Below are positions 35,201-44,869 of a stretch of DNA of 64,000 nt, piece after piece. The DNA lies in NCBI GenBank assembly GCA_002269645.1, contig NIVC01001098.1, forward strand, positions 186,001 through 250,000. The letters run 5' to 3'. The notes beneath the pieces are model-generated. The model did no database searches. It was not told the origin of the DNA and saw nothing but the letters and a program-made list of their open reading frames with translations. Source of the stretch: Macrostomum lignano. Lineage: Eukaryota. Both the position numbers and the translations under genes were made by a program. Each line of letters opens with the position of its first letter. Position 1 is the first letter of the stretch.

Positions 35201-37034
35201 TAATTAGTCTTTTAAATACCTCCTTAAGGTGTTCTAAATGATCTTCGAACTGCTTAGAATAGGTCACTATATCATCTATGTATGACATGGCATATTTATG
35301 CTGAATGCCTGCTAACACTAGATTCATAAGCCTTTGAAAAGTACCTGGGGCATTAGATAAGCCCTGAGCCATAACTTGATACTCAAACTGACCTCTTGTT
35401 AATGTTGAAAATGCAGTCATAAACTTGTGTTCCTCTTTTATCGGAACTTGCCAATAACCAGAATTCAGGTCAAGGCTACTAAAATACTGACTGCCTGTTA
35501 AGTTTGAAAATGTCTCCTGAATATTTGGTAGCGGATACGGAAAATAGTTCACTCGTGAATTCAGCACTCTAAAATCACTGACTATTCGAATAGTACCATC
35601 TTTCTTTGGTACGATCACTAGAGGTGTTGAATAAGTCGAATAGCATGGCCTAATTAAGTTCTTAGCTAACATGTCATCTAGCTGAGCATCTACCTGTTTC
35701 TGCAGATGAGGGGGAATCCTTCTAGTCGGAATCCTAACAGGTGTCTCATCCCTTAGTGAGATCTCATGCGTGACTAATGATGTTAAGCCCATATCTAGAT
35801 CATGTTGAGAGAAGGCCTCTCTATGCTCTTTTACGAGCTGAATCACCCTATCTCTCTGTTCTGCTGTCAAATCTTCACTAATATCTATTTCGCTAATCCA
35901 AGTTTCACTTGTAGATTGCGTTTGATTGACACGTCCGGTGATTGGCTGATCTGACGGCACGGTTTGATCTACTTCCTTATTCATGTAAGTGAGCTCTCTA
36001 GCCCTGATTGGCTTAGCTAAACCTACTAAGGTTGATTTTGGTAATTTCACTTCCACCGTGCTTTGATTCACTACTTCTACTATGGCTACGCCATCGCGCA
36101 TAGTAACTAAGGTCGGATTCATTTCTACTGTCTCTGTCTTAGTCCTAATACTACTTCCAATAGTCTCAATAGTCATTGGCGTGCCATAATTGGCTTCTGA
36201 ATTTTTGGCTAATCTCACTGGGATTCGCAGTGCGCTATTAGGCGGAACTACTGCCCTCTCCTGAGTATATACTCGGCAAACTTTTACTGGCAAATGAGTA
36301 TACTGCATGGGAATACAAGTCCCCTCTTTTAAAATTAACATGCCTTTTGCTAATTGAATGCTTTCACAGCGATTTTTAAAGAATTCCATGCCTAGTATGT
36401 TGTCACAATCGTGGCTGCAGAGTAGGAATTCTATTTCTAATTCTAAATCTCCGAACTGCACTAAAGTACTCGCTTCTCCTTCTAATTTCACTGTAGTTCC
36501 ATCAAATGTGGAAACTCTCCTACTTGTTTCTCTAATCTGACTCGGCTCGAATACTTTTGACCAAACTGATCTACTTAGAAAATTATTTTGAGCGCCTGTG
36601 TCTATTAGAAAGTCTACTTCTTGATTATCGATACTGCCTACTACTATTGCTTCATAGCCTGTCTGGTTTACTAATTCAACTTTTGGTTTCGGAAAAACCT
36701 TTTGCTTAACTATTTTCTTAGGCTTTGGCTGGCGAAAATCGGATTCGGACTCTTTTTCTACTACTGGTGCTAAATTTTCAGTAGCATAAGCAGGATTGAC
36801 ACATGATGATGCGGCTGGTGCATACGCATGAGGTGCTGACGCAGAATAAGTGGAAATTGGTGCTGGTGCAAACGCATTATTTACATGCACACCACCTATG
36901 TGTCTTTTTCGCATTGGGACAGTTCGCCAACCTTCACTATCTACACTATATTTACAATTAGAGGCCTTCATTTTGTACTCATTTCTCCTAGAGGGTCGTG
37001 GCCTCTCATGCCACCCTCTGTACTCTAGTTTCCC
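32289..37034 (-). CDS. pol: Pol polyprotein, copy 2
   Basis: Translation identical to copy 1. Confidence 0.97.
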   Translation of the reverse strand, partial: GKLEYRGWHERPRPSRRNEYKMKASNCKYSVDSEGWRTVPMRKRHIGGVHVNNAFAPAPISTYSASAPHAYAPAASSCVNPAYATENLAPVVEKESESDFRQPKPKKIVKQKVFPKPKVELVNQTGYEAIVVGSIDNQEVDFLIDTGAQNNFLSRSVWSKVFEPSQIRETSRRVSTFDGTTVKLEGEASTLVQFGDLELEIEFLLCSHDCDNILGMEFFKNRCESIQLAKGMLILKEGTCIPMQYTHLPVKVCRVYTQERAVVPPNSALRIPVRLAKNSEANYGTPMTIETIGSSIRTKTETVEMNPTLVTMRDGVAIVEVVNQSTVEVKLPKSTLVGLAKPIRARELTYMNKEVDQTVPSDQPITGRVNQTQSTSETWISEIDISEDLTAEQRDRVIQLVKEHREAFSQHDLDMGLTSLVTHEISLRDETPVRIPTRRIPPHLQKQVDAQLDDMLAKNLIRPCYSTYSTPLVIVPKKDGTIRIVSDFRVLNSRVNYFPYPLPNIQETFSNLTGSQYFSSLDLNSGYWQVPIKEEHKFMTAFSTLTRGQFEYQVMAQGLSNAPGTFQRLMNLVLAGIQHKYAMSYIDDIVTYSKQFEDHLEHLKEVFKRLISAGLKLRAKRCNLFHSELKYLGHVIGREGIRTDEAKIEAIRSWPKPKDVKELRSFLGLCNYYSRFVKNYAEAAHPLFQLTRKGVQNFQAKWTRAHDEAFEELKKRMMSTEVLAYPEFVDDENVRMVLDTDASDGRIGACLGQIQSDGIERPIAYFSRAMKETEKRYPITRKELLALVDAMKHFRFYLIGKRFLARTDHKAILWLLRQTEAQGILGRWVERLNEFQFDIEHRSGAKHSNADSLSRRPAEVAEATEIEQGVKACESEKGVKPIDSVNAAVGETVEEGEREMQTSHPEDSESRIKSLVISGVEGAKVEDVSAPSSSLTQQNRDTEPDHRESEIPKVTKLLTDYLQVPLKKEQIVKAQREDTAICTLIEWKQENLSVPPIQKNESVELKQLRRKYEKMKLERNLLTIEEERIWKIVLPKSLDKLVFSDLHDSPLAGHLGRDKTVQRVRERFWRPGLVAAVEKHVAECIPCLESKRGHKVQAPIQSFPISEPFHRLHIDVIGPISKISKRGHQYVLTIVDSNTRYPFAFPMRNQKADTIIKLLQERVFSEYGQCQWIHTDNGKAFTSKQFSAFCELYNVKHTFTTPYHAQSNGLVERFNKQVKSIVTCLIEKDHSNWDLLIPAALVAVRTSVNQTTGYSPHFLLFGREAVLPIDSELREPNQYANYPTYVAEHAERLESARKIVKEKFEKVHDKRQTDAENQKKPKAIEVGSLVLINNPQLNIDESNKFHRKKRAAFRVLKQISEVVFKIQKEEEGELVGNKLLVHRDNMAPVPNSVKEPIDKGSQESAETVEIINKESQTKAKHLNKRNQQEVGQSSKGSHARKNRLEEPVIELEEESSDEEQPKWFCKIRENEQSVHENEPELEVESRAEIENNMQHESLVEEEMERSEREGGEVTIDNRRETEQGEGKGAHAGHTENGGTSDKEGNKTKPYNTRSRTRPPVKCQCYLKKLATVWKLLEKLNF

Positions 37035-37969
37035 TGTTTGCGATTCACGCGGCACTGGTGACCTATACCAGGCCTTATTGAGCCGGGTTGCTGGCAAATT
37101 GCACACCTTCCTGGCTGCGGCGAATAGGAGCGAATCGGAAACTCTCTCCTAGGTCTAGGCTGATAATATGCCGAAACTCTCGGCTGAAATGCCGGTTGCT
37201 GCTGATAATTCTGTCGCGGCATCTGAGCTGGGCATGGCTGCGGTCTAGCCATAGGTGGTGGCTTGTGCGCCATCAGCTCCTGAATCAGCTTTTTCTGTTG
37301 CTCTAACTCATTCTTCTGCTGCTGAACTAAATCTTGGAGCTTCTTCTCTTGCTCTCCTTCTCCCTCTTTCATCATCCTAACACCTCCTTTGTGCGATAGT
37401 TGCCATGCGGCTTCAATTCGCCTTAGCATTCGCCTAGCTTCCTGCAAATTCGCTGGCTGAGCAAAGATTAACTTCTCCCTAGTATCTGGCGGAATCCTAA
37501 CTCCTTTGATAAACTGCTCAACTATCTCTTCCTCTCGCTGCTCTGCATTCATGTTCGGGAAGGCTCTATCTGATAGCTCGATCAGCGCATCAGCATAAGC
37601 GTCTTTCGACTCATTCCTTCCTTGCATTCTGCCTCTAAACTCTTCCCTAAATTCTGACGCATTTCCTATTCTACCGAATCTCTCGATCAAGTGCTCCTTG
37701 AATTCTTCATATCCTAGATCTTCTGGCAGATTAAGTCGCTGTACAGCGGCGAACGCTGTTGCTAGGTCTAGATTAGCTAATAGCTCAGTTTTCCTATGAT
37801 TCTCCTCGATTCCTTCTGATTCACACCTCTGATCAAAAGCTGTCAACCAGATCCTAATGTCTTGGCTTGGCGTGTACTTCTGAATTCTCACATGCCTCGC
37901 TGGTCCTATTTCTAAACGATTCCTAAGTTCTTCAGCTAGTAGCGCTAATGCGTCATTAATTCCTGCCAT
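37025..37969 (-). CDS. gag: Gag, copy 2
   Basis: Translation identical to copy 1. Confidence 0.93.
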   Translation of the reverse strand: MAGINDALALLAEELRNRLEIGPARHVRIQKYTPSQDIRIWLTAFDQRCESEGIEENHRKTELLANLDLATAFAAVQRLNLPEDLGYEEFKEHLIERFGRIGNASEFREEFRGRMQGRNESKDAYADALIELSDRAFPNMNAEQREEEIVEQFIKGVRIPPDTREKLIFAQPANLQEARRMLRRIEAAWQLSHKGGVRMMKEGEGEQEKKLQDLVQQQKNELEQQKKLIQELMAHKPPPMARPQPCPAQMPRQNYQQQPAFQPRVSAYYQPRPRREFPIRSYSPQPGRCAICQQPGSIRPGIGHQCRVNRKQGN

Positions 37970-38029
37970 TTTTCACTTATCTAGTTAGCTTTCCGCTAGT
38001 TTCTTGATCCCTTTACGCTGCCACCAAGT

Positions 38030-39163
38030 TGTGCCAGTTCTCTCTCCTCTACCTCTCACTCTGCTACCCTCTGTGTTAGGCCTTAGGGTTCCTACTGAAA
38101 TTATCTCACCAATTTGCTGCTGTCCTTTAGTTCTAATTTCTTTATTCTATAAATTGTCACTAATATATCTACTTTGAGTAGCGTTGGCAGCCCTAAATTA
38201 TTACTTTTTCCTAGAAACTTCTAATTTCACACGATTTCCTAGAAACCTTGTGATAGCGTGTAGTGCCCGAGCGGTAAGACACTGTCTAATCCTTAATTCA
38301 GTCCAAAAGTATAGCGTCTTCCGGGGACCAAGGGTGTCCAGCGGTAGCTAATCCACTTCCCTAATACCTAATCTCTTAATGTGTAATGCTTATTATTAGC
38401 CTGTATGGCTTTCTTTGGATCTATACGATCTCGATCTCCCTGTCCAAATTTCTGTTATTGGGTCTCCACGACCTCTGGTTTCCCTATCTAGAGTCCTGGT
38501 TTTGGGTCTCCACGACCTCTGGTTTCCCTATCTAGAATCCTGGTTTTGGGTCTCCACGACCTCTGGTTTCCCTATCTAGAATCCTGGTTTTGGGTCTCCA
38601 CGACCTCTGGTTTCCCTATCTAGAATCCTGGTTTTGGGTCTCCACGACCTCTGGTTTCCCTATCTAGAATCCTGGTTTTGGGTCTCCACGACCTCTGGTT
38701 TCCCTATCTAGAATCCTGGTTTTGGGTCTCCACGACCTCTGGTTTCCCTATCTAGAATCCTGGTTTTGGGTCTCCACGACCTCTGGTTTCCCTATCTAGA
38801 ATCCTGGTTTTGGGTCTCCACGACCTCTGGTTTCCCTATCTAGTGAAAGAAATAACGAGATAAGTCTTAGCCAAATTTAGATTTGTTTCGCTAAAAGATT
38901 CTCGCAAGTGGCTGAAGGCAAAAATTGAGAACGATCGCCGAGGAAGAAGTTATATTTTTTTAGTGTCAACCTAATTCCTTATATACAGAAAATTTGGGGA
39001 AGGTGGGACGCATTTTAACAATCACTAAAATTATAACAAAAGAATTCGATTTGTTTGGGGAATTTAAACAAATGGGGAAGAAAATTTCTGATTGGCTATG
39101 ATTAAAACTCGGGTTTAACTACTGTTATAAGTAATATACATAGTTTATAAAGATTCTGCCTCA
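38030..39163 (-). repeat. 5' LTR (1134 bp, nine 44-bp repeats)
   Basis: 132 bp (3 x 44) longer than the middle LTR. Confidence 0.95.
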
Positions 39164-39290
39164 GTAGCATGCAACTGTTAGAGAGTGCGAGTATTACTGC
39201 ATGCCTGTCCGGTCGCAGGTGCAGATCCAGAAAATTGTGAACGGGGGCTATTGATTTTTTGAACTACTATTGAACTACTACAGTATATCC

Positions 39291-39534
39291 AGGTAAATAT
39301 CAACATGAAGTTAGTTATTTATTTATTTGACGAAAATGGACGAAATGCGCATCGGCAACTCAAATAAATACTGAATATTCGTTCAAATTGTTTCTTAAAT
39401 AAAAAGACCCTGACGATGTCCTTATGCAAATGGACGAAATGCATCGGCAAATCAAATAAATAAGTAACTAACTTCATGTTGATATTTACCTTTATTTATC
39501 TACTCTTCATCAAGCGAGCCACTTTACCTGATTT
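39291..39534 (+). mobile_element. 244-bp foldback insertion with 13-bp flanking direct repeats and a hammerhead-like core
   Basis: CTACAGTATATCC at 39278-39290 and 39535-39547; 40-bp inverted arms 39291-39330 and 39452-39491 with 1 mismatch. Confidence 0.6.
39408..39447 (+). ncRNA. Minimal type I hammerhead ribozyme-like motif
   Basis: CC-CTGACGA-T-GTCC(loop)GGAC-GAAA-TGCA-TC-GG: conserved core, stem II, palindromic ATGCAT stem III, AUC cleavage triplet. Stem I is only 2 bp. Confidence 0.55.
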
Positions 39535-39784
39535 CTACAGTATATCCCTTTTGATTTGTTCTATCCATATAAAACATAAAAAACAAACGCTCGTTTCTAA
39601 AAAGTAAAATTATTTGACTTCTTTTTTGACTGGTCTATTTTGACTTCATACATGTATAACTACATGTACGAGCTCGATCGTACAGGTAATAAAATAAGGT
39701 GAATGTGCAACTGAGAAGTGATTAAGATGCGATTTAACAGAAACGCGCAAGATTAAGGCTTGCGATTGAATTACACTACTACAT

Positions 39785-40981
39785 TCAGGGTGTATTTTCG
39801 TCCTTGACACGGAGTCTCATCTGAGGATCGATGTACACTTCGTGCAGCTGTCTGGACAGAGTGTTGTGCTCGCAAATCCACTCGCCCGGACTGCGCTCGT
39901 AAAGCAGCCTGCGCGATCTCAGATCGGACATGCGATAAAACGACACAGCCTGGAAGCAGCTCTCCACCTTTACAGGCGGCAGGTTGTTGGGTGCATCGCG
40001 AAGCGACTTTTCATAGCTGACCACGGGGTACTTTGTGTCCTCACCGAAGCGCTTGTTCAGGTGGAAGCTCAGCGTGCATGGGTCGTAAATGTTGCTTTTG
40101 TACGTGGTGTGAGTGCACAGCTGCTGCAGCTGGGGCTTCGCAGCGAAGTAATAGACACCCTGTGCTATATTGTCCAGATCCCACTCCATCCAACTTATAT
40201 CCGGGTCGATTATGAGCAGCATTGATGCCTGATCAGCCAGGTGTTTGTATACGTAGTCCAGGTACTGGTTGCGCAGGGCGGACATTATCAGACCGCGCTC
40301 GACTTCTTCAGTGAAGCTGCGCTTCATTTTGTAGCCGGGCTTGTGTATGCGACCGCTGCTGTAGCGAATTTTGACTCGGCAGGGCAGCGGGGAGTTGACC
40401 CGGCCGCAGCCCAGCAGCGTCACGGTGGGGTCAGTAAGTGTTAAATTGTGCAAGTAGTCGCGAGTCAAGTCGGTCGAGTCGTTCTCAACCAAGATCAGCC
40501 AGGAGCTGTTGAACAGGGCTCGCAGGCGCTGGATGTTGTGCAGGGAGCTCGGCAGACCGGCCATGCCGTTGCGCACGGTGGCTGCCACCACCACCGCCTG
40601 GCTGCGGAGCCAAGCCCGGCCAGCTGCAGCCCGATACGCGCGGCTCCTCTCGGCTCTTGACAGCCGCATCAGGGGAAGCAGCCGGCCGGGCCTATCGAAC
40701 CCGTATAGCGAGCTGTTCATGCGATCAAGCACGTGCAGGTACAGCTTCTTGAAGGCGGCGTCAGTGGTGTCGGCGGTGCCGAACGGAGACTGGGGAAGCG
40801 GCTCCTCATTGGACTGGTACTCAGGTTGCGAATCGAAACTGTTTTGACTGAAGTGCTTCTGATGCAGGCAGAAAAATAGAAATATTAAGGTAGCGCCCAC
40901 TGTCACGTAAAGACTGGCGACTCGTCCAATGGGAGCAAATTTCTTGCAGCGGATGTAGAAAAACCTAATCTGCTGAGCCAT
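39785..40981 (-). CDS. Intronless type II membrane GT-A glycosyltransferase, 398 aa (CAP59/GT69-like or GT2-like)
   Basis: N-terminal TM (LYVTVGATLIFLFFCL), stem region, LILVENDSTDLTRDYL, SALRNQYLDYV, DxD in LLIIDPDI, late EWICEH motif, several N-glycosylation sequons. Confidence 0.7.
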   Translation of the reverse strand: MAQQIRFFYIRCKKFAPIGRVASLYVTVGATLIFLFFCLHQKHFSQNSFDSQPEYQSNEEPLPQSPFGTADTTDAAFKKLYLHVLDRMNSSLYGFDRPGRLLPLMRLSRAERSRAYRAAAGRAWLRSQAVVVAATVRNGMAGLPSSLHNIQRLRALFNSSWLILVENDSTDLTRDYLHNLTLTDPTVTLLGCGRVNSPLPCRVKIRYSSGRIHKPGYKMKRSFTEEVERGLIMSALRNQYLDYVYKHLADQASMLLIIDPDISWMEWDLDNIAQGVYYFAAKPQLQQLCTHTTYKSNIYDPCTLSFHLNKRFGEDTKYPVVSYEKSLRDAPNNLPPVKVESCFQAVSFYRMSDLRSRRLLYERSPGEWICEHNTLSRQLHEVYIDPQMRLRVKDENTP

Positions 40982-41949
40982 TGCAGTTTAGAAATGTGAC
41001 TGCTAATTAGCAGTTTCGCTGACTCGATTGATGACCTCAAAGCGCCTCTTTGCAAAGAGAGGCGCGCAGCATCGTATTGCTTAATTAATAAGATGAATTG
41101 CACTTGAAATAGTAATACAGTGGAGGCTGTTTTGCCAAGTTCCCAGTTCGTTTGGCCTCTCACAATTCACTGCGCAATACACTCAAAACTCATCTTGGTG
41201 TAAGGCTGTAAAATAGCACAATTAATTCATGCCCTAGCTAGCTGGACCTGAGCCCTGCTGGGATTTTATTTGATGCGAGCTCGTCTGTATATATTTATCT
41301 CGCAAGGCTGTCCAAGTGGGGCAGGAAACTTGGGGGGGGGGGGGTGCTCTAGTCGGGCTACCCTCCAATAGAGAGGGGCGTGGGTTCGCGATCAGAAATT
41401 ATACAGGCAAACCAGCCCTCAATTTCTACCAATCTGCGCGATGACTATCCGAAGCTGAATTCAATTCAAACACAGCAGGGACCTCTGAACACTTGCTTTG
41501 AAAACCGACCCTGTTCTGGAGTTTCATTTGTTCGTTATAATTTAGGGGGTTTCTCTTGTTTCATAGTGCATGTATCGATCTTTATGTACGAGCCACCCAC
41601 CCCCTCTCTCTCTCTCTCTCTCTTAACCCACCCCAAGTTAATCTATGTAACTAAAATTCATAACTAAACAGGTGCGATTTTTGAGTGTTTGTTTTTTAGT
41701 GTGTTTGCCTGCGCGAGACCGCAGAAGTGTTGAAGGCACTTTGAACATCCGACTTTGCTTAGTTAATTATTTTTTTGTTTTCAAGATTAGCCGATTCGGT
41801 CGCTCCCTTCCGAAGGCGATGAAACTTTCTTGGCTATAGGTGGCCTAGCGCTGGTGCCACCGCCTCCCATGTGGGCCTCTGGCTGTTGGACAGACGGGGC
41901 ATCTATCCCATGGCGCTCCTATAGCACGGCACCCCTACCCCAAGACATC

Positions 41950-42697
41950 TATTATACGGCATCTATCCCACGGCATCTATCCCACGGCATCTATCCCACG
42001 GCATCTATCCCACGGCATCTATCCCACGGCATCTATCCCACGGCATCTATCCCACGGCATCTATCCCACGGCATCTATCCCACGGCATCTATCCCACGGC
42101 ATCTATCCCACGGCATCTATCCCACGGCATCTATCCCACGGCATCTATCCCACGGCATCTATCCCACGGCATCTATCCCACGGCATCTATCCCACGGCAT
42201 CTATCCCACGGCATCTATCCCACGGCATCTATCCCACGGCATCTATCCCACGGCATCTATCCCACGGCATCTATCCCACGGCATCTATCCCACGGCATCT
42301 ATCCCACGGCATCTATCCCACGGCATCTATCCCACGGCATCTATCCCACGGCATCTATCCCACGGCATCTATCCCACGGCATCTATCCCACGGCATCTAT
42401 CCCACGGCATCTATCCCACGGCATCTATCCCACGGCATCTATCCCACGGCATCTATCCCACGGCATCTATCCCACGGCATCTATCCCACGGCATCTATCC
42501 CACGGCATCTATCCCACGGCATCTATCCCACGGCATCTATCCCACGGCATCTATCCCACGGCATCTATCCCACGGCATCTATCCCACGGCATCTATCCCA
42601 CGGCATCTATCCCACGGCATCTATCCCACGGCATCTATCCCACGGCATCTATCCCACGGCATCTATCCCACGGCATCTATCCCACGGCATCTATCCC
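41950..42697. repeat. Near-perfect 14-bp minisatellite (CCCACGGCATCTAT), ~53 copies
   Basis: Homogeneous 14-bp period. Confidence 0.97.
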
Positions 42698-44004
42698 TGG
42701 GCAGCTTAATTACAAGCAGCCTATTTTGTTTCTGCAGAACTGATGCCCCAGTTTTCGGAGGCCTGTGACAGCCCTGTTTAGAGTGTCTTGACCAAAGTCT
42801 TCTGCTATTGTTCTAAAGTTGGATTTGGTACACATTGCGAAACAGAATGAAGTAGGGAAGTAGGGAATTTCGACAGTTGCTCAAATAATTCAATAGGCCC
42901 GCAAAGAGTTTGTGCACGAGGTGTGCAGATTTGAAAGGATTAATCGAGCCTTGCAACACGGTTTACAGGGTTTTCATACCCCCTTCTGCACAGTTGACAC
43001 AGTCAGCAGGCCCATGCAAGTCACAGGAACTCGTCAGACAAAGCAAAACGTTAGCGAGTCGCGCTTTCTAACGTTCACTATGGCGGCTCTCTCTGAGCCC
43101 AGCAACTGGCCTGCGCATTTCTCGTGGTTCAGGAGAGCTCAGCAAACAAGCAGAGCAGCGCGAGCTTGTTCTGGGACGGAGAATTTGATTTGGGCTGGCC
43201 ATATGCGAGCGCATGTTTGCATTTGCACACAAGTGTGCCTATTGATGGCGTTCCCTGAGCATACTCAAGGCATCATTAATACGAGGCCTCATGTGATCCA
43301 ACTGCAGTAAGGCCGGCCCGGAGGTAAGCAACGAGTTTGAAAAAATGGGCAAACAAAACAGAATTTGGTCTCACTGAGCTTTCTCAGTGAATGCACGCAA
43401 GCTGCAGTGCACTGGAGCAGTGGTCCGAGCTAGGGCCACCCAGGTAGCCTGCGTCTGTCCGGGCTTTTCGAAATTGCATGACTGAAATTATGCTCGTAAG
43501 GGATTAAATTGAGACTTCAATATGTTCAATAGTTATACTGGAGCGCATAAATTCGTGGTCACACAGTTCTGAACGGTCAAGCAGGTCCTTTCTGGTACTG
43601 TGATTCCATATCTAGTGCTGATCTTGCAGTACCACTTAGAAATTTAGAAAGTTTCGCTAATCAAAAAGAGGAAAATCGACGAAGACATTGTTTTTACGTC
43701 GTAATTTAATTATGCGACATGTTTCGCTAAACCAGGTATATAATGCTGTTTTTTAAGCAGATTTTTGCAAATGAAACACTGGATGTTGAACGGCGCAAGT
43801 CAGATAAATGATATGAATATGAAGTAGAGTAGATGGTACTAAAGTTCAGAATATTTTAAGCTGGACGCTGGCGCTGTTATTGTCTACATGAATTATTAGG
43901 TTTGGACTAAGTTTTCTAATGTACATTGCTTCCAATGCTGAGACTATGAAATATTGATCTGGACATTCGACGTAGCTCGACGGGTGGAAAAATAGCTTGA
44001 TATT

Positions 44005-44120
44005 CCTACTGACCAACTGATCTACTGACCTACTGACCTACTGACCAACTGACCTACTGACCAACTGACCTACTGACCAACTGACCTACTGACCTACTGA
44101 CCTACTGACCAACTGAACTA
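44005..44120. repeat. Short 8-9 bp repeat (CTGACCTA / CTGACCAA)
   Basis: Direct inspection. Confidence 0.9.
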
Positions 44121-44507
44121 CAGCCAAACTTTGTCAAATTCAATATAGCTATAGTTGACTCAGCGGCGCTAAAAGAGATTGTGGAAACAAATGCCACGGC
44201 ATGCTCTTGTCAAGCTTCAACTTGCTTCAAAGCTTCAGATCTCTGCCAATGAATCCCAATTGGCACAGCTCGACGGACCAACTATTGGTTAAAACTAAAG
44301 CTTAATTTTTTAGCCCGACTAGCCAGAAGTTCAAAACTGAGTACACTGAGTACAGGTTACTTGTAGCTGAGAATTTTTTCGGATTCAATACGGACGAGGC
44401 CGAGCCAGAAAGAATGGTCGGCTGTGCGAGCATCTTTTGACTGATGCATCTTTGGGGGGGAATGCACCACGAGGGCCAGCTTTGTCACGGGCAGAGTTAT
44501 AGATCTG

Positions 44508-44829
44508 CATGTACTTATAGATCTGCATGTACTTATAGATCTGCATGTACTTATAGATCTGCATGTACTTATAGATCTGCATGTACTTATAGATCTGCAT
44601 GTACTTATAGATCTGCATGTACTTATAGATCTGCATGTACTTATAAATCTGCATGTACTTATAGATCTGAATGTACTTATAGATCTACATGTACTTATAG
44701 ATCTGCATGTACTTATAGATCTACATGTACTTATAAATCTGCATGTACTTATAGATCTACATGTACTTATAAATCTGCATGTACTTATAGATCTACATGT
44801 ACTTATAAATCTGCATGTACTTATAGATC
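44508..44829. repeat. 18-bp minisatellite (TATAGATCTGCATGTACT), ~18 copies, just 3' of the transporter stop codon
   Basis: Period 18. Confidence 0.95.
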
Positions 44830-44869
44830 AGGATCACTTATAGTACTTATTGAAAAGGCAAAATCAAAA

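Larger units (their letters stand above)
20876..39163 (-). mobile_element. Ty3/Gypsy LTR retrotransposon in tandem dimer form (LTR-int-LTR-int-LTR), period 8576 bp
   Basis: Three LTRs with TG...CA ends, two apparently identical internal regions, a single 4-bp TSD GTAG (20872-20875 and 39164-39167), domain order PR-RT-RH-IN. Confidence 0.97.

Noticed and set aside
41830-42768. 312-aa repeat ORF and nearby exon-like segments (~41785-41830, ~42737)
   Set aside because: 14-bp array artefact; the splice-like sites could not be joined into a coherent frame.
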